A DNA stretch of 64,000 nt from an uncultured bacterium (GCA_903831305.1 CAIKXE010000004.1:147524-211523), one strand, 5' to 3'. Shown: positions 1-9,616, counted from the stretch's first letter. The notes: a model not told the origin generated them from the letters alone. Made by a program: numbers and translations.

Positions 1-7
1 TAGTAGC

Positions 8-1540
8 ATGAAAAAATTATCTAATAATATTTTTGGTTTTATTAAAAGACATAAGATCTGGTCATTAGTTATTGGTTTGGTTATTGTTTATTTAGTCTGG
101 TATTTTATTAAGAACAGTTCTGAAAATATAAAATATACGGAAGTGCCGGTGGTGAATGGACCAATTTCTGAAATCGTCAGTGTGACCGGTAATGTCAAAC
201 CGCTTGCTGACGTGAATCTGGCTTTTGAACGTGGTGGGCGTGTTTCATCAATTCCGGTGGTTGTAGGAGACCGAGTCTATACTGGCCAGTTACTAGCTAC
301 GGTTTCAAACGCAGATTTGTCTGCCAGTCTAGACCGAGCAAGGGCAGATCTGAAAATTGCGGAAGTTCAGGCTGGTAATGTATCAGCTAGTTCAGAAGCC
401 CAAAACTCTACACTCGCCACCGCTCGCTTAAATTTACAGCAAGGAAAAGTTTCCTTGATTAATACTTTAACTGATGCTTATACTAAGGGTGATGATGCCG
501 TTCGGAATAAGATATTTTCCTTATTTACTGATCCGGTAAAATATAATGCTAATCTGGCTTTTCCAACGGAGACATTTTTGCAGGAGGATATTGAGGATGG
601 TAAGGATAAGCTCGTTGATATGCTAGACGTTTGGTATCGGGCCTTGCCAGGTCTGACCACCTCAGCTGATCTGAGCGTTAACCATAGTACCGCTAAAACC
701 AATTTGGAGGCTATAAAGAAAACATTGGATAAATGTGCCTTAGCCGTAAATAATTTATCTGCCGATAGAGATGGTGTGACCCAAACACAGATAGACACTT
801 GGAAGTCAAATGTTTCCCTGGCCCGCAGTTCTATTGATACCACTATCAGTACTGTTAATACTGCCCTGGACCAATATGAAAGCGCTGGTCTAGCCCTGAA
901 GACGGCGGAGAATAATTATCAAGTGCAGACCCTCACTGTGGATCAGGCTAGAGCCGGTGTAGCGTCAGCTGAGGCGGAACTCGCCAAATCTATGATTCGC
1001 TCACCTATCACTGGGGTGGTGACTAAAATAGATGCCAAGTTAGGGGAGATTGTCTCGGCTAATGTAAATACTATTTCGGTTATTTCTTATGGTGATTATG
1101 AAGTGGAGTCTTTTATTCCGGAGGCTGATATTTCTAAAATAAAGATTGGTAATACTGCGCTTACTACTTTGGATGCGTATGGTGATAGTGTTACCTTTAA
1201 TACCTCAGTGGTCAGAGTAGATCCTGCCGCTACGGTGATTGATGGCGTGCCGACTTATAAGGTGACATTAAAATTTGACACCAAAGATGAGCGGGTGCGT
1301 TCGGGTATGACGGCCAACCTTGATATTTTGACTAATAAAAAAGCTGATGTTCTGACCTTGCCTAGCCGGGTGATTGTGACAAAAGAGGATGGTAAATATG
1401 TTTCCTATATGAATCCCGCTGATCAAAGTGAAATCCTAGAAAAGAAAATTATCACTGGTCTGCGTGGCTCAGACGGTAACGTGGAGATCGTTTCTGGTCT
1501 TAATTTGGGGGATAAGGTAATTATTCCAGTTCTAAAATAA
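8..1540 (+). CDS. MacA/HlyD-family periplasmic adaptor (membrane fusion protein)
   Basis: N-terminal TM anchor, lipoyl half-motifs (GGRVSSIPVVVGDRV; IRSPITGVV), long coiled hairpin, C-terminal VEIVSGLNLGDKV; upstream of ABC genes. Confidence 0.9.
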   Translation: MKKLSNNIFGFIKRHKIWSLVIGLVIVYLVWYFIKNSSENIKYTEVPVVNGPISEIVSVTGNVKPLADVNLAFERGGRVSSIPVVVGDRVYTGQLLATVSNADLSASLDRARADLKIAEVQAGNVSASSEAQNSTLATARLNLQQGKVSLINTLTDAYTKGDDAVRNKIFSLFTDPVKYNANLAFPTETFLQEDIEDGKDKLVDMLDVWYRALPGLTTSADLSVNHSTAKTNLEAIKKTLDKCALAVNNLSADRDGVTQTQIDTWKSNVSLARSSIDTTISTVNTALDQYESAGLALKTAENNYQVQTLTVDQARAGVASAEAELAKSMIRSPITGVVTKIDAKLGEIVSANVNTISVISYGDYEVESFIPEADISKIKIGNTALTTLDAYGDSVTFNTSVVRVDPAATVIDGVPTYKVTLKFDTKDERVRSGMTANLDILTNKKADVLTLPSRVIVTKEDGKYVSYMNPADQSEILEKKIITGLRGSDGNVEIVSGLNLGDKVIIPVLK

Positions 1541-1541
1541 T

Positions 1542-2792
1542 ATGTTTGAGCGAAGCCTAAAAACTGGCTTGTTTCTCTCTATCAGGCAGATCCGTCGAGC
1601 TAGTCTCTGGACAAATATTCTTATTATTTTTGTGATGACCCTTACTTTTTTGAATTTGGTGGTGGTCTCTGGAATTTTAGTGGGTTTGATAGAGGGCTCC
1701 AGTAACGCTTTTCGTGAGCAGTACTCTGGGGACATTTTACTCACGAACCTAAAGAATAAAGATTATATTTCTAATACTCCTATTATTATAAAAAATATTG
1801 AATCTATCCCAGAAGTGAGGTCAATCACCACTCGGTATACGGCTGGTGGTCGAGCTGAGGCAAATTATAAAAACAAGACTAATTTAAACGATAAATCTAA
1901 TTCTGTTGGTGTGCAAATGGTCGGCATTAATCCGGCTGATGAAGACAAAACCACTGACCTATCAAAATTTATTGTTGAAGGATCATATTTTGACGGTAAT
2001 GATGAGAGTAGTGTGCTCGTTGGCTCTTCACTTTTAAAAAAGTATTCGCGCGTAGTCACCCCCAGCTTGGAATTATTAGAAAATGTGAGCGTTGGTTCTA
2101 AAATCCGAGTGTCGATCGGTAACTATCAAAAAGAAGTCACCGTCAAAGGAGTAATAAAAAGTAAAATCCAGTCTACGAGTAACCGCATCTTTTTTACTGA
2201 TGATGAATTACGGAAGATTCTAAACCGTAGTGACTACGGGGCCAATGAGATAGCCGTCAAACTTATCCCCGGTGCTGATCCCTTGATCATTGAATCTCTT
2301 TTAAAAGCAGATGGCTTTGAGAAATTTAGCAATATTGATACCTGGGAGGAAGCGCAAGGTCAGTTTTATAAAGATCTCGGATCCACCTTTGTCATTCTTT
2401 CAAATATGATCGGTAGTATTGGTTTGACGGTGGCCTCCATCACCGTTTTTATTGTGATTTTTATCAACGCTATCACCAGAAGAAAATTTATTGGAATTTT
2501 AAAAGGGATCGGTATTTCTAGTACCGCACTTGAGATCTCTTATGTTTTTCAGTCTCTGTTTTATGCTTTTATTGGTTCTGGTCTAGGCCTACTTTTGCTA
2601 TTTGGTTTTCTCAAACCGTATATAGATCTTCACCCTATTGATTTTCCTTTTAGCGATGGTATTTTGGTGGCTACTTTTAGCGGAACATCTATCCGAGTGG
2701 GTTTACTTTTTGTTATTACCATGATTGCTGGCTATATTCCCGCTAGGATTGTCACTAAGCAAAATACTTTAGATTCCATCCTGGGACGATAA
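1542..2792 (+). CDS. ABC transporter permease, FtsX/LolE/MacB-like
   Basis: One N-terminal TM, large periplasmic domain, three C-terminal TMs, RRKFIGILKGIG motif. Confidence 0.88.
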   Translation: MFERSLKTGLFLSIRQIRRASLWTNILIIFVMTLTFLNLVVVSGILVGLIEGSSNAFREQYSGDILLTNLKNKDYISNTPIIIKNIESIPEVRSITTRYTAGGRAEANYKNKTNLNDKSNSVGVQMVGINPADEDKTTDLSKFIVEGSYFDGNDESSVLVGSSLLKKYSRVVTPSLELLENVSVGSKIRVSIGNYQKEVTVKGVIKSKIQSTSNRIFFTDDELRKILNRSDYGANEIAVKLIPGADPLIIESLLKADGFEKFSNIDTWEEAQGQFYKDLGSTFVILSNMIGSIGLTVASITVFIVIFINAITRRKFIGILKGIGISSTALEISYVFQSLFYAFIGSGLGLLLLFGFLKPYIDLHPIDFPFSDGILVATFSGTSIRVGLLFVITMIAGYIPARIVTKQNTLDSILGR

Positions 2793-2802
2793 TTATAAAA
2801 AC

Positions 2803-3489
2803 ATGATACAAGTAAAAAAGATAGTAAAAACATATCATAATGGTCAGACGGATGTCCGGGTACTTAAAGGTATTGATTTAAATATTGCTGAGGGAGAATT
2901 TGTCATTATTATGGGTCGTTCCGGAGCGGGCAAGAGTACCTTGTTATACCAAATGGGTCTGCTGGATCATCCCACGAGTGGGCAAATAATTATTAATGGC
3001 ATAAATACCACTGGTCTTGTCCATGACGAGCGTACCGCCTTTAGACTTAATGAGCTCGGTTATATTTTTCAGGATTATGCTTTGGTTCCAGAGCTTACGG
3101 CCGGGGAAAATATCATGTTGCCGATGCTTATGCGAGGGGATAGTACTAAAATGGTTGAGTCTCGCTCCAAATTAGCCTTAGAGAAGGTGGGGATTGGGGA
3201 CAAGTTTGATAATCTCCCTAGTCAGCTCTCCGGTGGTGAGCAACAGCGGGTAGCTATTGCGCGGGCTTTGGCTGGGGGCCCTAAAATAATCTTTGCGGAT
3301 GAGCCCACGGCAAATCTGGACAGTGATAATTCTCGTTTAATTGTGGATTTATTTGTAAAATTGAATAAGGGTGGTCAAACTATTGTGATGGTTACGCATG
3401 AGGAAGAATATGCTAAACTAGCAGATCGGGTGGTACGTCTACAGGATGGGGAGATAGTTTCTGTTGAAGAAAATCATAAAAGTAAGTAG
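2803..3489 (+). CDS. ABC transporter ATP-binding protein (LolD/MacB type)
   Basis: Walker A GRSGAGKST, LSGGEQQRVAIARAL, FADEPT. Confidence 0.95.
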   Translation: MIQVKKIVKTYHNGQTDVRVLKGIDLNIAEGEFVIIMGRSGAGKSTLLYQMGLLDHPTSGQIIINGINTTGLVHDERTAFRLNELGYIFQDYALVPELTAGENIMLPMLMRGDSTKMVESRSKLALEKVGIGDKFDNLPSQLSGGEQQRVAIARALAGGPKIIFADEPTANLDSDNSRLIVDLFVKLNKGGQTIVMVTHEEEYAKLADRVVRLQDGEIVSVEENHKSK

Positions 3490-3504
3490 TATAAAAAGCA
3501 CAGT

Positions 3505-4224
3505 ATGAATGTAATTGAAGCAAAAAATTTAGGGAAGGTTTATGACAATGAAGGGGTAAAGACTAATGCCCTTCGTGAAGTGTTTTTTGATATAAAAAAG
3601 GGCGAATTTGTGGCCATCATGGGTCAGTCTGGTTCAGGGAAATCAACTCTCCTTCAAATTTTAGGTTTACTTGATGATTATACCAGTGGCACGTATCATT
3701 TTTTAGGAAAAAATATTAAAGATTATAATCAAAAGGAAATAGCGCAGATTCGTAATCAAAAAATGGGTTTTGTCTTTCAAGCTTTTAACTTATTAGCTCG
3801 GGAAACGGTTTTAAATAATGTTAAATTACCATTACTTTACTCTGATAAACCAGAGCAAGAGTGGGAAGAACTGGCAAAGGCGGCGGTGGTGGCGGTGGGA
3901 CTAGAACACCGAATGCATCATGAGGCCAAACAGCTATCCGGTGGAGAAAAACAGCGGGTAGCTATTGCGCGGGCTTTAGTGAATAATCCGGAGGTGATCT
4001 TTGCGGATGAGCCTACTGGTAATTTGGATTCTAAATCTGGCCAAGCCGTCATTGAGATTATACAAAAGCTGAATCGCGAGTTGGGTCATACCGTGATCCT
4101 TATCACCCACGAGACTTACACCGCGGAATATGCTGAGAGGATTATCCGTCTGCATGATGGCCAAGTAGAGAGTGATACAAAAGTAAATAACCGGCGAATC
4201 CATAGTCATGATTTTGTAAAGTAA
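3505..4224 (+). CDS. ABC transporter ATP-binding protein (MacB/LolD type)
   Basis: Walker A GQSGSGKST, LSGGEKQRVAIARAL, FADEPTGNLD. Confidence 0.95.
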   Translation: MNVIEAKNLGKVYDNEGVKTNALREVFFDIKKGEFVAIMGQSGSGKSTLLQILGLLDDYTSGTYHFLGKNIKDYNQKEIAQIRNQKMGFVFQAFNLLARETVLNNVKLPLLYSDKPEQEWEELAKAAVVAVGLEHRMHHEAKQLSGGEKQRVAIARALVNNPEVIFADEPTGNLDSKSGQAVIEIIQKLNRELGHTVILITHETYTAEYAERIIRLHDGQVESDTKVNNRRIHSHDFVK

Positions 4225-4227
4225 AAA

Positions 4228-5472
4228 ATGCAAATAAAATATAGTATAAAAACAGCAGTCAACGGTTTGCGGACACATAAATCCCGCTCGGCTTTGACTA
4301 TTCTTGGAATCGTTATCGGCATTACTTCTATTATTATGGTGATGGCCTTGGGTGCGGGGGCGCAGAATCTGATTTTGGGTGAAATCCAGGGAACCATTGG
4401 CTCCAAGGTCATAGAGATCCGCCCAGGAAAAGAGCCCAAAGGACCGACTGATATGATGGGTATAATGTTTCTAGATTCGTTGAAACAAAAAGATGTTGAT
4501 GCCCTTAGTAAAAAAGCTAATGTCCCGTCTTTAACCGGAGTTATGCCTCTGGTTGTGGGAAGTGAAACCATAACTTATGACAGTGAGACTTACTCTGCCT
4601 CCTATTATGGCGTCAATCAGCTGGCCACCAGGATGTATAATATGATACCAGTAGCTGGCCGCTTTATGACGGAGGAAGAGGTCAAAGGCTTTGCGGATGT
4701 GGCAATTATCGGTAATAAGGTCAGAGAAGAACTTTTTGCTGGTAAAGATAAAGTTTTAGGTGAGAAGATCAGAATAAAAGGAAAGAATTTTAGGATTATT
4801 GGTATTCTGCCGGAGAAAGGCTCGGGTATGGTCAGCTTTGATACTATTGTTATTGTTCCTTATACTACCGCTCAGCAATATTTATCCGGTAAAAAATATT
4901 TTCAGCATATTGTGGTGGAGGTTGATTCTGAGGCTAATGTCCCGAGAGCTATAGAAGATATTAAAACGACCATAAGGGACTCTCACAATATTACCAACCC
5001 CGAGGATGATGATTTTAGTCTGGGTAGCCAGGCCGACGCTATGAAGATGGTTAGCTCGGTTATGGATACCTTAACTTTGTTTCTGGTGGCGGTAGCGGCA
5101 ATTTCTCTCATTGTGGGAGGGGTGGGGATTATGAATATAATGCTCGTCTCGGTGACCGAGCGCACAAAGGAGATTGGTTTACGTAAAGCTCTGGGAGCAA
5201 CGGATAGTGATATTCTCATCCAGTTTTTACTGGAGGCTGTTATCCTTACGGCTCTTGGAGGGCTTATTGGTATTATTTTGGGCTCCGGCTTATCTCTCAT
5301 TACTTCTGTCTTGATAAATAAATTTGCTGCCTTAAATTGGACTTTCTCTTTCCCTTGGGGTGGGGCCTTCCTGGGCCTAGGTGTTTCCAGCTTGATTGGC
5401 CTCGTCTTTGGTATTTACCCCGCTCGCCAGGCGGCTAAAAAGAGTCCGATGGAAGCGTTGCGGTATGAGTAA
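4228..5472 (+). CDS. MacB-family ABC permease
   Basis: RSALTILGIVIG, GGVGIMNIMLVSVTERTKEIGLRKALGA, C-terminal P.EALRYE. Confidence 0.95.
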   Translation: MQIKYSIKTAVNGLRTHKSRSALTILGIVIGITSIIMVMALGAGAQNLILGEIQGTIGSKVIEIRPGKEPKGPTDMMGIMFLDSLKQKDVDALSKKANVPSLTGVMPLVVGSETITYDSETYSASYYGVNQLATRMYNMIPVAGRFMTEEEVKGFADVAIIGNKVREELFAGKDKVLGEKIRIKGKNFRIIGILPEKGSGMVSFDTIVIVPYTTAQQYLSGKKYFQHIVVEVDSEANVPRAIEDIKTTIRDSHNITNPEDDDFSLGSQADAMKMVSSVMDTLTLFLVAVAAISLIVGGVGIMNIMLVSVTERTKEIGLRKALGATDSDILIQFLLEAVILTALGGLIGIILGSGLSLITSVLINKFAALNWTFSFPWGGAFLGLGVSSLIGLVFGIYPARQAAKKSPMEALRYE

Positions 5473-5476
5473 CTCC

Positions 5477-5609
5477 ACCACCTCCCCTCGAGGACTCGGT
5501 ACTCCTCCTTAATCAAGGAGGAGAAAGGGGAGTTGCTAAAACTGAGTACTAATGTTCCCTTTCCCCACCTTAGTCAAGGCGGGGTGGTGAGTCTGCGAAC
5601 CAGGGCGGT
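5477..5609. repeat. Back-to-back pair of REP-like palindromic elements (family A)
   Basis: CTCCTCCTT-aatc-AAGGAGGAG (5477-5524, minus sense) and CCCCACCTT-agtc-AAGGCGGGG..GGGCGGT (5563-5609); related copies at 34488 and 43688. Confidence 0.75.
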
Positions 5610-5643
5610 TGTGTTAGCTTTATTTCTATATTACTATCTATCA

Positions 5644-6519
5644 ATGCTAAAAATATTAGATGGACGAGTGGTGCGGGATAAGATAATGGCGGATTTGAAA
5701 AAAACCGTTGGTACTTTCAAAGTGGTGCCTAATTTAGCCATCATAAAGATCGGGGATAATCCAGATTCTGCTGTCTATGTCAAAAATAAAATTTCTTTCG
5801 CTAAAAAGATTGATGTGAATGCTTATGTGGTTTATTTTCCTCCCGGGGAAATCACTCAGGAAGTGCTCTTGGCTGAAATTGAAAAATTAAATAAAGATGA
5901 TGCGGTGAATGGCATTATCATTCAATCACCATTACCAGAACCGCTAAATTGGGCGGAGGCCGTAGAGGCGGTGGTACCAGAAAAAGATGTGGATGGCCTG
6001 ACGGCGGTCAATGTCAAAAAGTTATTAGGGAATGATTTGTCTGGTTTTGTCCCGGCCACGGCGCGCGGGGTTTTATCCTTGCTAAATTATTATGAAATAC
6101 CAATTAAGGGTAAAAAGGTGGTGGTGATGGGGCGGTCAGCCTTGGTGGGTAAGCCCGTGGCTAATTTAATGCAGAACAGTGGTGCCACAGTGACCGTTTG
6201 CCACAGTAAAACCGTTAATCCCGAAAAAGAAACCAGAGAAGCGGACATTTTGATTGTGGCTATTGGTCAGCCAGAGCTTGTGGGGGCGGATTATGTGCAG
6301 GTGGGGCAAGTGGTGATAGATGTGGGTATTACTTCGGTCATAAATGCTGATGGTACAAAAAAAGTCCTGGGGGATGTGGATTTTGAGTCCGTTAAAAACA
6401 TTGTTTCGGCTATTTCTCCGGTTCCCGGTGGGGTGGGCCCTATGACCGTAGCCTCTTTATTTCAAAATTTAGTGGAGGCAGTAGAAAGAAAAAACCGTCA
6501 GGACATACTTTCCGTTTAA
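5644..6519 (+). CDS. folD: Bifunctional methylenetetrahydrofolate dehydrogenase/cyclohydrolase
   Basis: KDVDG, GRSALVGKP, PVPGGVGPMTVA; true start probably ATG 5644 because the upstream TTG frame runs through the REP elements. Confidence 0.96.
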   Translation: MLKILDGRVVRDKIMADLKKTVGTFKVVPNLAIIKIGDNPDSAVYVKNKISFAKKIDVNAYVVYFPPGEITQEVLLAEIEKLNKDDAVNGIIIQSPLPEPLNWAEAVEAVVPEKDVDGLTAVNVKKLLGNDLSGFVPATARGVLSLLNYYEIPIKGKKVVVMGRSALVGKPVANLMQNSGATVTVCHSKTVNPEKETREADILIVAIGQPELVGADYVQVGQVVIDVGITSVINADGTKKVLGDVDFESVKNIVSAISPVPGGVGPMTVASLFQNLVEAVERKNRQDILSV

Positions 6520-6559
6520 CGGAGTACCTAATCACTTCAAGTATGTCCTGACGGTTTTT
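6490..6559. repeat. 21-bp perfect inverted repeat overlapping the folD 3' end (terminator or MITE-like)
   Basis: AAAAACCGTCAGGACATACTT ... AAGTATGTCCTGACGGTTTTT. Confidence 0.7.
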
Positions 6560-6617
6560 CCCCTAATATGCTATAATACCCCTGTCGGTACTTTTATTAA
6601 GTTAATTTATAAAAAAT

Positions 6618-7481
6618 ATGGAAAATACGAATAATCAAAATAGTTGTTGTGAAGGTGGAGTTTGTAAGGACGGTGCTACTTGTGGTTCTTGTTGTAAAAT
6701 GTGTGAAAACATGGGCATGTGCCATGGTGGTAAGGGCCACAAAATAATGAAGTTTGCTGTTATTATCATTGTCATCCTTATCATTGTTAAAATTCTTGGT
6801 GGTGGTCATGGTGACTGGAGAGATAATAAAGTAATAAACACCATTACCGTCTCTGGTACTGGTGAAATAGTGGTCAAGCCAGATATTGCCACTGTTTCTT
6901 TTGGTGTTACCGCTGAAAATCTGGATGTAGCCAAAGCGCAAACAGAGTCCGCCACAAAAATAAATAATATTATTGCTTTCCTAAAAACTAAGGGCGTTGA
7001 GGAAAAGGACATTAAGACTACAAACTATAGTATCTACCCTCGTTATAATTATGTCGGTGCTACTACTTATTATCCTTACACTGGCAGGCAGGTACTCGCG
7101 GCTTATGTTATTTCTCAGAACATAGAAGTAAAAATCCGAAATATTGCTGATGCCGGCGCCGTTCTTACTGGGGTGGGTGAGTTTGGAGTGACGGATGTCA
7201 GTGGTTTGACTTTCACCGTGGATAATCAAGATGCCGTAAAGGATCAAGCCAGGGACCTTGCTATCACTGATGCCAAGGCTCAAGCCAAGGTTTTAGCTAA
7301 TGGTTTGGGAGTAAAATTAGTCAAGATCACTAGTTTTTCTGAAGGTGGAAACTATCCAGTATATTACGCTATGGATAAGGCCGCTGTTTCTGGTATGGGT
7401 GGAGGTGTTGTGGCCCCTCAAATACCAACCGGGGAGAACAAAATCACTTCTACTGTCAGCGTCACTTACGAAATCAGATAG
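6618..7481 (+). CDS. SIMPL/DUF541 domain protein with Cys-rich N-terminus
   Basis: TITVSGTGEIVVKPDIA, A..DAKAQAKVLA..LGVKL, C-terminal VSVTYEI; TM segment after an 8-Cys leader. Confidence 0.88.
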   Translation: MENTNNQNSCCEGGVCKDGATCGSCCKMCENMGMCHGGKGHKIMKFAVIIIVILIIVKILGGGHGDWRDNKVINTITVSGTGEIVVKPDIATVSFGVTAENLDVAKAQTESATKINNIIAFLKTKGVEEKDIKTTNYSIYPRYNYVGATTYYPYTGRQVLAAYVISQNIEVKIRNIADAGAVLTGVGEFGVTDVSGLTFTVDNQDAVKDQARDLAITDAKAQAKVLANGLGVKLVKITSFSEGGNYPVYYAMDKAAVSGMGGGVVAPQIPTGENKITSTVSVTYEIR

Positions 7482-7590
7482 CGTTTCTAGGGTAATTTGA
7501 TTTTGGAGGCTTCACAGCCGGGTAGGCGAGAGAGAGCAAATTTTCAGCAGAAAATTATGCGCACTCCAAAATTAAATTACCTAGAAACGC
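7481..7590 (+). repeat. Structured palindromic element (family B), copy 1; 71-bp core 7501-7571
   Basis: Core is 69/71 identical to the reverse complement of 8950-9020; enclosed by long inverted arms GCGTTTCTAGG..CCTAGAAACGC. Confidence 0.85.
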
Positions 7591-7673
7591 GGACATTGCA
7601 TTTTGTTTTGCTACGTGGTAGTATTAAAAGACCTCGGAGACGGGGTTTTTTAATAAAAGAATAATATAAAACT

Positions 7674-7871
7674 ATGTCAAAACTAGGAGAATATTTGAAG
7701 GAAACAAAGGCGGAGTTAAAGCATGTGAGCTGGCCATCTAAGAATCAGGCGGTGTTATTCACTGTGATTGTTGTCGTTTTTTCTATCATTGTGGCTATCT
7801 TCCTGGGGGCTTTTGACTATATTTTTACCATTGGACTCAAAAAAGTTTTGGAGCTCAAAAATCTGATTTAA
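7674..7871 (+). CDS. secE: Preprotein translocase subunit SecE
   Basis: ELKHVSWPS motif, single TM, directly upstream of nusG. Confidence 0.95.
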   Translation: MSKLGEYLKETKAELKHVSWPSKNQAVLFTVIVVVFSIIVAIFLGAFDYIFTIGLKKVLELKNLI

Positions 7872-7895
7872 TAATTTAAATTTTAAACCAAATAA

Positions 7896-8441
7896 ATGGC
7901 TAAACAAAATATACAAGAAGGTAGAAATTGGTATGCTATCCACACTTATGCGGGTTATGAAAATGCCGTGGCTAGAAATCTAAAGCAGAGAATTGACTCC
8001 TTGAATATGAATGACAAGATCTTTGAGGTGATTGTTCCGATTGAGAAAAAGATTAAAATCAAAGGTGGTAAAAGAATAGAAGAGGAAGAGAAGATCTACC
8101 CCGGTTATGTCCTGGTGGATATGGCCGTGACTGATGATTCCTGGTATGTAGTGAGAAACACCCCTCGGGTGACCGGGTTTGTGGGTTCTGGGGTTTATCC
8201 GGTACCGCTAAGTAAAGAGGAGGTAGACAATATTTTCAGCCGAATGAACGCCAATACCGTCAAGCATAATAGCGGTTTGTCTGTAGATGACGCGGTGGTG
8301 ATTACGGATGGTCCGTTTAAGGATCTGGAAGGTAAGGTGAGTGAGGTGGATAACGAGCGTGGTAAGGTCAAGGTGTTGGTTTTGATGTTTGGCCGGGAGA
8401 CTTCTGTGGAGCTTGATATGTTGCAGATTCGCCCAATTTAA
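7896..8441 (+). CDS. nusG: Transcription elongation factor NusG
   Basis: WYAIHTYAGYE, PGYVLV, VRNTPRVTGFVG, KOW domain GPFKD..FGRET. Confidence 0.97.
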   Translation: MAKQNIQEGRNWYAIHTYAGYENAVARNLKQRIDSLNMNDKIFEVIVPIEKKIKIKGGKRIEEEEKIYPGYVLVDMAVTDDSWYVVRNTPRVTGFVGSGVYPVPLSKEEVDNIFSRMNANTVKHNSGLSVDDAVVITDGPFKDLEGKVSEVDNERGKVKVLVLMFGRETSVELDMLQIRPI

Positions 8442-8498
8442 GGTAGTTTATTAATAGTCTGATTCGCTTCTAAGTCAGACAAATTATAAAATAAAAAA

Positions 8499-8924
8499 AT
8501 GGCAAAGAAAATAACAAAAAAATTAAAGTTACAAATCCCGGCTGGTAAAGCTAATCCCGCTCCACCAGTTGGCCCCGCTCTTGGTCAGGCTGGTATTAAT
8601 ATCGGTGACTTCGTCCAAAAGTTTAATGCCGCTACCGTGAAGATGATGGGGGACATTGTCCCGGTGGAAATCACTGTTTATGAGGATCGTTCTTATGATT
8701 TTAAACTAAAGACTCCACCCGCAACCGGTTTGATTCTTAAGGCCGCTGGCGTGGAGAGTGGTTCTGGTAAGCAATTAGTCAAAAAGGCTGGTACTATCAC
8801 TCGTGCTCAGGTCAAAGCCATCGCGGAGAAGAAAATGGCTGATCTAAATGCCAATGATATCAACGGTGCCATGAAAATCATTGAGGGCTCTTGTAGGTCT
8901 ATGGGGGTGGAAGTGAAGGGGTGA
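8499..8924 (+). CDS. rplK: 50S ribosomal protein L11
   Basis: [15 protein letters not shown] motif. Confidence 0.98.
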   Translation: MAKKITKKLKLQIPAGKANPAPPVGPALGQAGINIGDFVQKFNAATVKMMGDIVPVEITVYEDRSYDFKLKTPPATGLILKAAGVESGSGKQLVKKAGTITRAQVKAIAEKKMADLNANDINGAMKIIEGSCRSMGVEVKG

Positions 8925-8932
8925 TTTTGTTC

Positions 8933-9037
8933 GCCCCGTAACTATATCATTTTGGAGTGCGCATAATTTTCTGCTGAAAATTTGCTCTCTCTCGGCTACC
9001 CGCCTGTGAAGCCTCCAAAACGATACAGTTACGGGGC
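8933..9037 (-). repeat. Structured palindromic element (family B), copy 2; core 8950-9020
   Basis: Reverse-complement copy of 7501-7571 within different outer arms GCCCCGTAACT..AGTTACGGGGC. Confidence 0.85.
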
Positions 9038-9066
9038 TCACCTAAATAATTGATATTACAAACAAA

Positions 9067-9095
9067 AAACAACCCTTTATCAAGGGTTGTTTTTT
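9067..9095 (+). terminator. Intrinsic terminator after rplK
   Basis: AAACAACCCTT-tatc-AAGGGTTGTTT followed by T tract. Confidence 0.7.
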
Positions 9096-9120
9096 GTACT
9101 GTGGGGTGTAAAATCAAGGG

Positions 9121-9615
9121 ATGGAAAATACTAAATATGTGCGACCGAGTTGGGATGAATATTTTATGAATATTGTGCGAGCCGTTGGCGGGAGGGCTAC
9201 TTGTGATCGGGGGCGAACCGGCTGTGTGATTGTAAAAGATAAACATATTATTTCCACTGGTTATGTGGGAGCACCGGCTGGTTGTAAAAGCTGTGATGAG
9301 GTTGATCACGAATTAAACACGGTCATTCAGGAAGATGGTACCCAAACAAAACATTGTGTGCGGACTACTCACAATGAACAAAACGCGCTTGTTCAAGCTG
9401 CTCGTTTTGGTGTCAGTACTGATGGTGGAACTTTGTATTGTATGATGACACCGTGTTATACCTGTGCCAAATTGCTGATTAATGCGGGCATTAAAAGAGT
9501 AGTTGCGGAAAAAGATTATCATGCGGGGACTAGGAGTAAGGCAATATTTGCTGAAGCGGGTGTTCAGTATGAATTATTAAATGCCGAGGTGGTGTCTTAT
9601 TCTAATATGAAATAA
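9121..9615 (+). CDS. dCMP deaminase (ComEB family)
   Basis: RPSWDEYFM, H-x-E (HNEQNA), PCYTC zinc motif. Confidence 0.93.
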   Translation: MENTKYVRPSWDEYFMNIVRAVGGRATCDRGRTGCVIVKDKHIISTGYVGAPAGCKSCDEVDHELNTVIQEDGTQTKHCVRTTHNEQNALVQAARFGVSTDGGTLYCMMTPCYTCAKLLINAGIKRVVAEKDYHAGTRSKAIFAEAGVQYELLNAEVVSYSNMK

Positions 9616-9616
9616 T

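Noticed and set aside
3242-3977. 28-bp identical stretch shared by the two ABC ATPase genes (3242-3269 and 3950-3977)
   Set aside because: It encodes the conserved QRVAIARAL signature; paralogy or a small conversion explains it and it is not a mobile repeat.
5533-5643. 37-aa N-terminal extension of FolD in the ORF track
   Set aside because: The frame runs through REP elements and the promoter region; homology starts at ATG 5644.
7481-9037. Possible CRISPR repeats or composite transposon
   Set aside because: Only two copies, inverted, with no spacer array, no cas gene and no transposase; the enclosed genes are core housekeeping.
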